From Vicinamibacterales bacterium (GTDB taxonomy: Bacteria > Acidobacteriota > Vicinamibacteria > Vicinamibacterales > UBA2999), in the NCBI GenBank assembly GCA_050183355.1, contig JBFXBH010000003.1, forward strand, positions 15,131-79,130: 64,000 nucleotides of DNA, written 5' to 3'. Below, piece by piece: positions 25,987-33,205 of the stretch (its first letter is position 1; each line of letters begins with the position of its first letter). The position numbers were made by a program, and so were the translations under genes. The notes below the pieces were generated by a model that worked only from the letters and a program-made list of their open reading frames with translations, ran no database searches and was not told where the DNA came from.

Positions 25987-26787
25987 ATGGCCGCCGTCGC
26001 CTTCGTGCTGCTCACGGCGGTTGGCGCCGCTGACCTCGGCGCGCAGGACCTGCCCGTCCTGAACGCGCCGGTCAACGACTTCGCGCGGGTCATCGAGCCG
26101 CAGAGCGCGCGGGCGATGGACGCCCTGATCCGCTCGCTGCAGCAGGCGAGCGGCGACACGGTCACCGTGGCCACCGTCCGCACGTTCAAGCCGTTCGCGG
26201 ACATCCGCGAGTTCGCCGTGAAGCTGTTCGAGAACCACGGCCGCGGCATCGGCCAGAAGGGCAAGGACAACGGCCTGCTGATCGTGCTGGCCGTCGACGA
26301 CCGCCAGGTCTGGATCGAGGTCGGCTACGACCTCGAGGGCATCATCACGGACGGGTTCGCGGGCGAGGTCAGCCGCCAGGTGATGGTGCCGGAGTTCCGC
26401 GAGGGCCGCTACGGTGGCGGCCTGCTGGTGGGCTCGGCACGAGTCATCGAGCAGATCGCGCTCAAGCGCAACGTCACTTTGCAGGGCATCCCCCGCTCGC
26501 GCCGGCGGGATCTGGAACCGGAGGCCGGGGCCGGCCGTCTGCTTCTGATAGTTCTCGCCGTCATCTTCTTCCTCGTGCAGGCCATCGGATCCCGGCTGAA
26601 CGGCGGCGGACCGCGGTCGCGTGGCCGGTTCGGCGGCTGGTCGAGCGGCGTCGGCCCCTTCGGTGGCGGGTTCGGCGGGGGCGGATTCGGTGGCGGCGGA
26701 TTCGGCGGGGGCGGCGGGTTCGGGGGCGGCTTCGGCGGCTTCGGCGGCGGACGCAGCGGTGGTGGCGGCGGTGGCGGGTCCTGGTAG
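25987..26787 (+). CDS. TPM-domain (YgcG-like) membrane protein with a Gly/Phe-rich tail
   Basis: ATG 25987 within track ORF 25606..26787. Signal peptide, then VNDFARVIEP...LLIVLAVDDRQVWIEVGYDLEG.ITD, a TM segment, and a GGFGGG repeat tail. Confidence 0.8.
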   Translation: MAAVAFVLLTAVGAADLGAQDLPVLNAPVNDFARVIEPQSARAMDALIRSLQQASGDTVTVATVRTFKPFADIREFAVKLFENHGRGIGQKGKDNGLLIVLAVDDRQVWIEVGYDLEGIITDGFAGEVSRQVMVPEFREGRYGGGLLVGSARVIEQIALKRNVTLQGIPRSRRRDLEPEAGAGRLLLIVLAVIFFLVQAIGSRLNGGGPRSRGRFGGWSSGVGPFGGGFGGGGFGGGGFGGGGGFGGGFGGFGGGRSGGGGGGGSW

Positions 26788-26828
26788 GACCGCCGCGCCG
26801 GGACTGTTTCGGACAAGGTGAGAGGGCA

Positions 26829-27404
26829 ATGACCAAGCTACTTCGCACGTGGGCCGCGGCTGCAGCCGTGACCGTGATCGCGCTCGGGACCTCGGGCTGT
26901 TCCTACAACACGTTCGTCTCGCAGGAAGAGGCGATCAAGGGCCAGTGGGCACAGGTCGAGAACCAGCTCCAGCGGCGCAACGACCTGATTCCGAACCTGG
27001 TCGAGACGACCAAGGGGATCGCCGATCAGGAGAAGGATGTGTTCACCGCGATCGCCGACGCGCGGGCGCGGCTGGCCGGGGCGCGGACCCCGGAGGACAC
27101 GATGGCGGCCGCCAACCAGCAGAGCACCGCGCTGGCACGACTCCTCGTCGTGGCCGAGAACTACCCGCAGCTCCGGTCGAACGAAACGTTCAACCGGCTG
27201 ATGGACGAGCTCGCCGGCACCGAGAACCGGATCGCCGTGGAGCGCATGCGCTACAACGAGCGCGTGCAGGAGTACAACACCGCGCGCCGGCAGTTCCCGT
27301 CCAACGTGACGGCCGGCATCTTCGGCTTCAAGGAGCACGCGCTCTTCACGGCGCCCGCCGAGGCGAAACAGGTGCCGAAGGTCGACTTCGGGAGCAGCCG
27401 GTGA
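26829..27404 (+). CDS. lemA: LemA-family protein
   Basis: 191 aa with lipoprotein-like GTSGC, and NQLQRRNDLIPNLVETTKG...ENYPQLRSNE.F..L..EL.GTENRI...R..YN. Confidence 0.9.
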   Translation: MTKLLRTWAAAAAVTVIALGTSGCSYNTFVSQEEAIKGQWAQVENQLQRRNDLIPNLVETTKGIADQEKDVFTAIADARARLAGARTPEDTMAAANQQSTALARLLVVAENYPQLRSNETFNRLMDELAGTENRIAVERMRYNERVQEYNTARRQFPSNVTAGIFGFKEHALFTAPAEAKQVPKVDFGSSR

Positions 27405-27895
27405 CACGTGACGAACTGCTCCAGCAGTACGACCGCGAACTCGCGACCACGCGGCAACTGCTGGAGCGGGTCCCGGCGAATCTGATGGAGTGGCGTCCGC
27501 ATCCGAAGTCCACGACGATGGCCGGGCTCGGCCGGCACCTCGCGCACATGCTGACGTGGGGCCTGCTCGGCCTGGCGAAGACCTCGTCGGATGTGGCGGA
27601 CCGCGCGCCGGCCGGCCCGACGGCCACGCCGGCCGACATCCTCGCCATGTTCGACCGCAACGCCGCCGCCACGCGCGCGCTCATCGCCGGGCTCAGTGAC
27701 GAGGCCCTGCGGGAGACCTGGTCGCTGACGTGGCAGGGCAAGACGGTGATGACATCGACCCGCGAGGCCGTCGTCGAGTCGATGATCCTGAACCACCTGA
27801 TCCACCACCGCGGGCAGCTCAGCGTCTACCTGCGGCTGAACGACATCCCGGTTCCGTCGATCTACGGCCCCACGGCCGACGAACCGGCGCGCTGA
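27401..27895 (+). CDS. DinB-family protein
   Basis: GTG 27401 overlaps the lemA stop (GTGA). Four-helix-bundle pattern with conserved His residues (HLAHML..., NHLIHHRGQLSVYLR). Confidence 0.75.
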   Translation: MTRDELLQQYDRELATTRQLLERVPANLMEWRPHPKSTTMAGLGRHLAHMLTWGLLGLAKTSSDVADRAPAGPTATPADILAMFDRNAAATRALIAGLSDEALRETWSLTWQGKTVMTSTREAVVESMILNHLIHHRGQLSVYLRLNDIPVPSIYGPTADEPAR

Positions 27896-27906
27896 CGCCG
27901 CCGTCC

Positions 27907-28893
27907 GTGGGGTACACGCCGACCACCTTCCAGCCGCGGTTCCGGGGCGGTCACGCGCAGACGCTGTTCGCGTGGGCGCGCCGCCGCCAGTTCCCGACCC
28001 TTCCGCAGCCGGAGGCCCGGTACGTCGACGTCGCCGAGGACGCCCGCGTCCTCGCCCACTGCCACTTCCACGCCGACCGCACGCGCCACCCGGCGCTCGT
28101 CCTGCTGCACGGCCTCGAAGGCTCGAGCTACGCGCACTACATGCGCGGCATGGCCGAGAAGGCCTGGGCGGCCGGCTGGAACGTCATCCGGCTGAACCAG
28201 CGCAATTGCGGCGGGACCGAGCATCTCTCACGCGGGCTGTACCACTCCGGCCTGACGGCCGACGCGAAGGTCGTGCTGCGCCAGCTCATCGACGAGGACG
28301 GCATCCGGCGGGTCGCCGTGGCGGGCTACTCGCTGGGTGGGAACCTGGCGCTGCGCCTCGCGGGTGAGTTCGCCGGGACGCCGCCCGCGGAGCTCGTGGC
28401 CGTGTGCGCCGTCTCGCCGACGATGGACCTGCCCCGCTGCGTCGAGGCGCTCGAGCGCCGGACCAACGCGTTCTACCAGTGGAACTTCCTGCGCAACCTG
28501 CGCGCGCGCATGCGCCGCAAGGCTGCTGCGTGGCCGGGCCTCTACGACGTCTCGCCGCTCGACCGGATCCGCAGCATCCGGCAGTTCGACGAGACCTACA
28601 CGGCGCCCCACCACGGCTTCGAGAACGCCGCGGACTACTACCACCGCGCGAGCGCGCTCCGGGTCATCGACCGCATCGCGGTGCCGACGCTGATCCTCAC
28701 CGCCGTGAACGACCCGTTCGTGCCGCCGGCGCCGTTCCGCGAGGACGCCGTCACCGGCAATCCCCACATCACGACGGTCCTCAGCGACGACGGCGGCCAC
28801 TGTGCGTTCGTCGAACGCGCCACACCCGACTACGACGGGTACTGGGCCGAGCGCGAAGTGGTGCGGTTCGCGAGCGCCCACGCGGGCCTCTGA
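27907..28893 (+). CDS. alpha/beta hydrolase, YheT-like
   Basis: GTG 27907 within track ORF 27730..28893. Motifs HAQTLF..., LLHGLEGSS, nucleophile elbow GYSLGGN, and ...DDGGHCAF. Confidence 0.8.
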   Translation: MGYTPTTFQPRFRGGHAQTLFAWARRRQFPTLPQPEARYVDVAEDARVLAHCHFHADRTRHPALVLLHGLEGSSYAHYMRGMAEKAWAAGWNVIRLNQRNCGGTEHLSRGLYHSGLTADAKVVLRQLIDEDGIRRVAVAGYSLGGNLALRLAGEFAGTPPAELVAVCAVSPTMDLPRCVEALERRTNAFYQWNFLRNLRARMRRKAAAWPGLYDVSPLDRIRSIRQFDETYTAPHHGFENAADYYHRASALRVIDRIAVPTLILTAVNDPFVPPAPFREDAVTGNPHITTVLSDDGGHCAFVERATPDYDGYWAEREVVRFASAHAGL

Positions 28894-28919
28894 CGCCGGC
28901 CACCGCCCCGCCGCAGTGC

Positions 28920-29029
28920 GCGCCGACAGGCGGGGACCTCACTGATCGAGGGCGAATGCTTGTGAAACCGCGTCAAGGGTCCACCGCGGCTCTGAGCCCA
29001 CGAGCAGTGAGGTCCCCGCCTGTCGGCGC
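28920..29029 (+). repeat. hairpin repeat element, copy 3
   Basis: Perfect 25-bp terminal inverted repeats GCGCCGACAGGCGGGGACCTCACTG (28920-28944) and CAGTGAGGTCCCCGCCTGTCGGCGC (29005-29029). They enclose ATCGAGGGCGAATGCTTGT...GAGCCCACGAG. Confidence 0.8.
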
Positions 29030-29071
29030 GCATTCCCGCGGGTCAGCAGCCCGTCGACTGGCTCCGCTCGC

Positions 29072-29776
29072 TCAGGACAATCCGAGGCGCTCGCGCAGGA
29101 TGCGCGCGAACTCGGGGCCCTTCCCGGCGTCCTCGTGCTTGAAGTACACGTAGACGTCGCGGGCGCCGGCCGTCTTCTCGCGGATCACATCCGCCCAGCG
29201 GGCGAGATCGTCCGGGGTGTAGCCCTCGTCGCGCAGCCGGAAGTAGGCGTAGTCCGCCGTCATCTCCACCGGCGCCGAGATCTTCTCGGAATCCGCCACG
29301 CAGAGCGCCAGATTCCTCGACCGCAGGATCTCGAGGATCTCGTCGTCGAACCACGACGCGTGGCGGAACTCGAACGCCGCGCACGCGCCGTCCGGCAGCG
29401 TCGCCACGAACTCGCGCAGCAGCGGCGCATCCTTCCGGTGATACGGCGGAAGCTGCACCAGCACGGCGCCGAGCTTCGGCCCGAGCACACGCGCCGTCTC
29501 GAAGAAGCGCGCGACCGGTTCGGCCACGTCCTTCAGCCGCTGGTCGTGCGTGATGCGCCGGGGCGCCTTGAGCGTCAGCTTGAAGCGCTCCGGCGTCTGG
29601 GCCGCCCAGCCCTCGAGGATCTTCGGCGTCGGTGCCCGGTAGAACGTGTAGTTGATCTCGACGGTCGGCAGTCGCTCGGCGTAGTACGCGAGCATCTTCG
29701 TGGACGCGAGCTTCTCCGGATAGAAGCTGCCCTTCCACTCGGGGTAGTTGTAGCCGGAGGTGCCGACCCAGATCAT
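29072..29776 (-). CDS. DUF72 (YecE-like) protein
   Basis: The C-terminal 234 aa of track ORF 29072..30769, from MIWVGTSGYNYPEWKGSFYP...INYTFYR, the typical DUF72 N-terminus. Confidence 0.85.
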   Translation of the reverse strand: MIWVGTSGYNYPEWKGSFYPEKLASTKMLAYYAERLPTVEINYTFYRAPTPKILEGWAAQTPERFKLTLKAPRRITHDQRLKDVAEPVARFFETARVLGPKLGAVLVQLPPYHRKDAPLLREFVATLPDGACAAFEFRHASWFDDEILEILRSRNLALCVADSEKISAPVEMTADYAYFRLRDEGYTPDDLARWADVIREKTAGARDVYVYFKHEDAGKGPEFARILRERLGLS

Positions 29777-29797
29777 TTGGTAGAGTGGCCATCTTAG

Positions 29798-30670
29798 ATG
29801 GGAACCGCCATGAAGACCATGTGTGCCCTGCTGCTGGCGAGCCTGGCCGCCGGCGCGTGCTCGAAACCCGCCCCCGCGAAGCGCTACGAGCTGACCGGCC
29901 AGATCCTCGGCCTCCGGCCCGAGGCACGCGAGCTGATGGTCAAGCACGACGACATCAAGGGCTTCATGCCCGCGATGACGATGCCTTACAAGGTGTCGGA
30001 CCTGTCGCTCCTCGAGGGCAAGGCGCCGGGCGACCTGATCACGGCGACGCTGGAAGTCGGCGAGAACCAGGGCATCCTGACGGCCATCACGAAGACGGGC
30101 CACGCCGACCTGCCCGCCGCGCCCGAGGAGCAGATGCTCACGCCGATGGCGGTGCTGGTGGAGGGTGACGCCGTGCCCGAGGAAATCCTGTTCGACCAGG
30201 ACGGCAAGGCCCGGCCGGTCAGCAGCTTCAAGGGGAAGACCGTCGCGCTGACCTTCACCTATACGCGGTGTCCGATGCCGGACTTCTGCCCGCTGATGGA
30301 CCGCAACTTCGCCACGGTGCAGGTCGCCCTGAAGAAGTCGCCCGAGCTGGCCCACGTGCGGCTCGCCTCGGTGACCATCGACCCGGCGCACGACACGCCC
30401 GCCGTGCTCAAGGCCCATGCGGCGACGCTCAAGGCGGACCCGGCCGTGTGGACGTTCCTGACCGGTGACGAGATCAACCTCTCGCACTTCGCCGCGCAGT
30501 TCGGCCTCTCCGTGATGCGCAACGACAAGGACCCGTCGGACATTTCCCATACGCTCCGGACGGTCGTCATCGGCCCGGACGGCAAGATCGCCAAGACGTT
30601 CAGCGGCAACCACTGGACGCCGGCGGAGCTCCTTGCGAGCCTCAAAGCGGTTCCCGCTTCCGCGCACTGA
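29798..30670 (+). CDS. SCO1/SenC-family copper chaperone lipoprotein, fused to an N-terminal CusF-like Met-rich copper-binding domain
   Basis: Lipobox AAGAC. Motifs HDDIKGFMPAMTMPY, a thioredoxin-fold FTYTRCPMPDFCP, and ...HT...VIGPDG. Confidence 0.8.
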   Translation: MGTAMKTMCALLLASLAAGACSKPAPAKRYELTGQILGLRPEARELMVKHDDIKGFMPAMTMPYKVSDLSLLEGKAPGDLITATLEVGENQGILTAITKTGHADLPAAPEEQMLTPMAVLVEGDAVPEEILFDQDGKARPVSSFKGKTVALTFTYTRCPMPDFCPLMDRNFATVQVALKKSPELAHVRLASVTIDPAHDTPAVLKAHAATLKADPAVWTFLTGDEINLSHFAAQFGLSVMRNDKDPSDISHTLRTVVIGPDGKIAKTFSGNHWTPAELLASLKAVPASAH

Positions 30671-31346
30671 CCGCGTCGAGCCGCCGCGGCTCGCGCTGAC
30701 GGCGAAGGAACGGGCGGTCGTGCGCCGGCTGCGCACACCGGCCGCCGTGCAGGCGTGGCTGAACGCCATGCCCTACAACGACGAGGTGGGCGGCGAGACG
30801 CTCCGCAGCTTCCGCGGCGTGGTCCGGACAGGCCGCGCCCACTGCCTTGAAGCCGCGCTGGCCGCCGCCACCATCCTCGAACAGCACGGCTACGCGCCGC
30901 TGCTCCTGAGCTTCGAGTCCGCCGACAAGCTCGACCACGTCATCTTCGTCTATCGTGGGCCGGACGGCTGGGGATCGATCGCGCGGTCACGCGACCCCGG
31001 CCTGCACGGACGCAAGCCTGTGTTCCGGACGCCCCGGGCCCTCGCCCTGAGCTACGTCGAGGCCTACGTGGACTTCAGCGGACGCATCGAGGCCTACGGC
31101 GTGGCCGACCTGCGCGCCACGATGGGCGGGTACGACTGGCGCCTGGCCACGGGGAACGTGTGGAAGGTCGAGCAGATGCTCATCGACTATCCGCACCGCC
31201 GCATCCGCAGCTCGAACGCCCGCATCAACGCCCTGCGCGCGCGGTACCGCCGCTTCCGGGAGGCACACGGCTACAAGCCGTGGAAGTACTACCGTGGCCG
31301 GGACCGCTGGATGCCGCTGCCCGCCGAGTACCGACACCGCGGCTGA
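30633..31346 (+). CDS. hypothetical protein with a transglutaminase/papain-like Cys-His signature
   Basis: 237 aa. RAHCLEAALAAATIL ... DHVIFVY ... resembles a Cys-His(-Asp) core. The start overlaps the SCO gene by 38 nt and may lie further downstream. Confidence 0.5.
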   Translation: MRASKRFPLPRTDRVEPPRLALTAKERAVVRRLRTPAAVQAWLNAMPYNDEVGGETLRSFRGVVRTGRAHCLEAALAAATILEQHGYAPLLLSFESADKLDHVIFVYRGPDGWGSIARSRDPGLHGRKPVFRTPRALALSYVEAYVDFSGRIEAYGVADLRATMGGYDWRLATGNVWKVEQMLIDYPHRRIRSSNARINALRARYRRFREAHGYKPWKYYRGRDRWMPLPAEYRHRG

Positions 31347-31358
31347 GCCGGACGGCGA

Positions 31359-31604
31359 TCACCCTCCGCCCTGCCCCTGCCGCAACATGTCGAGCGGGCT
31401 ACGCGCGGGATTCCGCAGGTCCTTGACGACATGCGTGTAGACCATCGTCGTCTCCACGTTCGCATGGCCCAGGTACTCCTGGATCTGCCGGATGTCGACG
31501 CCGCTCAGCAGCAGGTGCGTCGCGAAGCAGTGCCGGAGCGAGTGGACCGAGACGGGCTTGTGGGCGCACTCGCCGTGTGACGCCGCTGCGGCCTTGATGG
31601 CCAC
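31359..31604 (-). pseudogene. C-terminal remnant of a tyrosine recombinase (integron-integrase-like)
   Basis: Only ~81-115 codons remain: ...[40 protein letters not shown]......SPLD. This is the box II / catalytic Tyr region with an IntI-like ...SPLD end. No N-terminal two-thirds is present. Confidence 0.7.
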
Positions 31605-31628
31605 CCGGATCTCGGCGAAGATCGGCCT

Positions 31629-31868
31629 GTGCGTTTCGAGGTGCTCGGCACGATCGAACAGGTCGAAACCATTGCAGCCGGCCCAGGCCTGAGAGTCCGG
31701 GCGTTTCTACAAAAGGCCTACGGTCGCGGCCGCTGGCGCAAGCTCAAAGGGGTCGCCACGGTTCGTCTGCTAAACGGACGCGTCCGCCGGGTGGAACTGC
31801 ATTGGTATGAGGCACACGGCATCGGCAGGCGAGATCTGAAAATTAAGAGCTACCTGGATCAGTCATGA
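31629..31868 (+). CDS. small conserved hypothetical protein (79 aa), first gene of a two-gene module
   Basis: GTG start. ...[43 protein letters not shown] recall this pattern from uncharacterised small proteins in diverse phyla. GC is lower than the surroundings. Confidence 0.6.
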   Translation: MRFEVLGTIEQVETIAAGPGLRVRAFLQKAYGRGRWRKLKGVATVRLLNGRVRRVELHWYEAHGIGRRDLKIKSYLDQS

Positions 31869-32101
31869 AGCAACCATCCAAGCCGTTCGCGCTTTGTCTG
31901 GAGAATGCCGACTACGAGGCGTCCCTCATCGTCGGCAAGGTATATCGGATTGTGCCGGATGCACGGGCCGCCAAGGACGGCCTCGTGCGAATTGTCGACG
32001 AGAGCGGCGAGGACTACCTCTTTGACAGCTCGCGGTTCGCCTTCGTTGACTTTCCGCAGGCCGTCCGCAAGAGACTACGCGCACTTCAGAAAGCCAGCTA
32101 A
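31865..32101 (+). CDS. small conserved hypothetical protein (78 aa), second gene of the module
   Basis: ATGA overlap with the upstream ORF. ...CLENADYEASLIVGKVYRIVPDARAAKDGLVRIVDESGEDYLFDSSRF. GC is lower than the surroundings. Confidence 0.6.
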   Translation: MKQPSKPFALCLENADYEASLIVGKVYRIVPDARAAKDGLVRIVDESGEDYLFDSSRFAFVDFPQAVRKRLRALQKAS

Positions 32102-32222
32102 CACGGCATGCACCAGACCGCGCGAGGGATCGTCCCGCGCGACTGACTGCATCCGAAACGCACATCACCTCCCTCGCGGCAGGTATGCTGGAGGCCGGAA
32201 ACCGGTCGCTCGGGCGGTCCCC

Positions 32223-32885
32223 ATGGCACTCGGAACATCGCGCACGCTCCTCGTCGTCAGGCGCTACGGCCTGCTTGTCGTGTCCTCCTCGGTCGCCGGA
32301 TTGCTGCTGCACTTCGGGATGGTCGGCATCGAGGCCCTCATGATCGGGGAGCCCGTGCTCCTCGCCTTCCAGAGCCGGTTCTGGCGTTCGGCCTTCTCGT
32401 TCCCCTTCCTGCCGATCCTGCTGATGGAAGTGGGACTGACCGCTCTGACGCTCGTGTTGTGGAGCCGGTTGCGGCGGACCCTGCACGAGGCCCACGACCT
32501 GGACCTGCAGCGCGAGCGGCACGAGACGCGACTCCGCACGCTGCAGCGCGCGATGGCGCTGATGGCGCACCATCTCGCCGAGCAGAACAATCAGATCCTC
32601 CAGCACATCGCGATGCGCCGCGAGAAGGGGCAGCAGCCCTCACCCGCCATCGAGACCGCCAGCCGGCGCGTCGCGGAGATCCTGCTCACGCTGTCGGAAG
32701 TGAGTTTCGTGACGCCGGGCAGGACTGAGGGTGACGGCGTCGACCTGATCGAGGAACTGGAGCGGCGGCTGCAGGAGCGGGACGCCGCCCGGGAGAGCCC
32801 TGGCGCCTACACCCGGAGCGCCCTCCCCCTGCGCGAAAGCGGCCCGGCGCCTAGTCGAGATCGAAGTCTCGGGTCGGCTTCGTAA
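32223..32885 (+). CDS. hypothetical membrane protein (3 TM plus a coiled-coil-like C-terminal half)
   Basis: ATG 32223 within track ORF 31905..32885. Hydrophobic N-terminal 90 aa followed by a charged helical region. Confidence 0.5.
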   Translation: MALGTSRTLLVVRRYGLLVVSSSVAGLLLHFGMVGIEALMIGEPVLLAFQSRFWRSAFSFPFLPILLMEVGLTALTLVLWSRLRRTLHEAHDLDLQRERHETRLRTLQRAMALMAHHLAEQNNQILQHIAMRREKGQQPSPAIETASRRVAEILLTLSEVSFVTPGRTEGDGVDLIEELERRLQERDAARESPGAYTRSALPLRESGPAPSRDRSLGSAS

Positions 32886-33153
32886 TCGGTTCCGTGCGGG
32901 CCTGCTTCAGGGCTTCCTCGAAGCGGCGCGCGAGCGCATCTTCCTTCCCCTGCTCGGCGGCGAACGACTGCTCGAACAGCGCCTCGCGCCGGGCCTCCGC
33001 GGCCTTCAGGATGCTGTGGGCGTCAGCCAGCTCGGGCTTGTCGCCGCGGTCGGCTTCGCGGTGCGACACGATACGGCCCAGGTTCGTGTCGACGACAAGC
33101 GTCGCGCCGCAGCACGGGCACAGCAGTTCCAGTTCGCTCGTGAGCTTCGCCAT
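32851..33153 (-). CDS. small zinc-ribbon protein (CxxC...C, 100 aa) with a charged helical tail
   Basis: MAKLTSELELLCPCCGATLVVDTNLGRIVSH.... Its 3' end overlaps the convergent ORF by 35 nt. Confidence 0.55.
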   Translation of the reverse strand: MAKLTSELELLCPCCGATLVVDTNLGRIVSHREADRGDKPELADAHSILKAAEARREALFEQSFAAEQGKEDALARRFEEALKQARTEPITKPTRDFDLD

Positions 33154-33205
33154 GCCGCTATTCTAGAGCGGCCGCGGCGCGCGCCCGTCATGGAACGCCG
33201 GCCGA

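Noticed and set aside
26650-26784. GGC/TTC-rich tandem-like repeats, and the similar tract at 21480-21553, considered as CRISPR or VNTR candidates.
   Set aside because: They are in-frame low-complexity coding for a Gly/Phe tail (TPM protein) and a poly-Pro linker (OmpA-like). They have no spacer-repeat periodicity.
31605-31707. Upstream extension of the recombinase frame (…[35 protein letters not shown]…), considered as additional integrase sequence.
   Set aside because: The frame is open back to a TAG near 31707. However, similarity to tyrosine recombinases becomes unconvincing beyond about 31640, and the stretch overlaps the better-supported plus-strand small gene.
32099-32160. The hairpin after the two-gene module, considered as an integron attC site.
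   Set aside because: A bulged stem is present, but there is no convincing R''/R' pair. The stop-adjacent AGCTAAC is only a partial RYYYAAC match, and no GTTRRRY follows. It is reported only as context in the islet finding.
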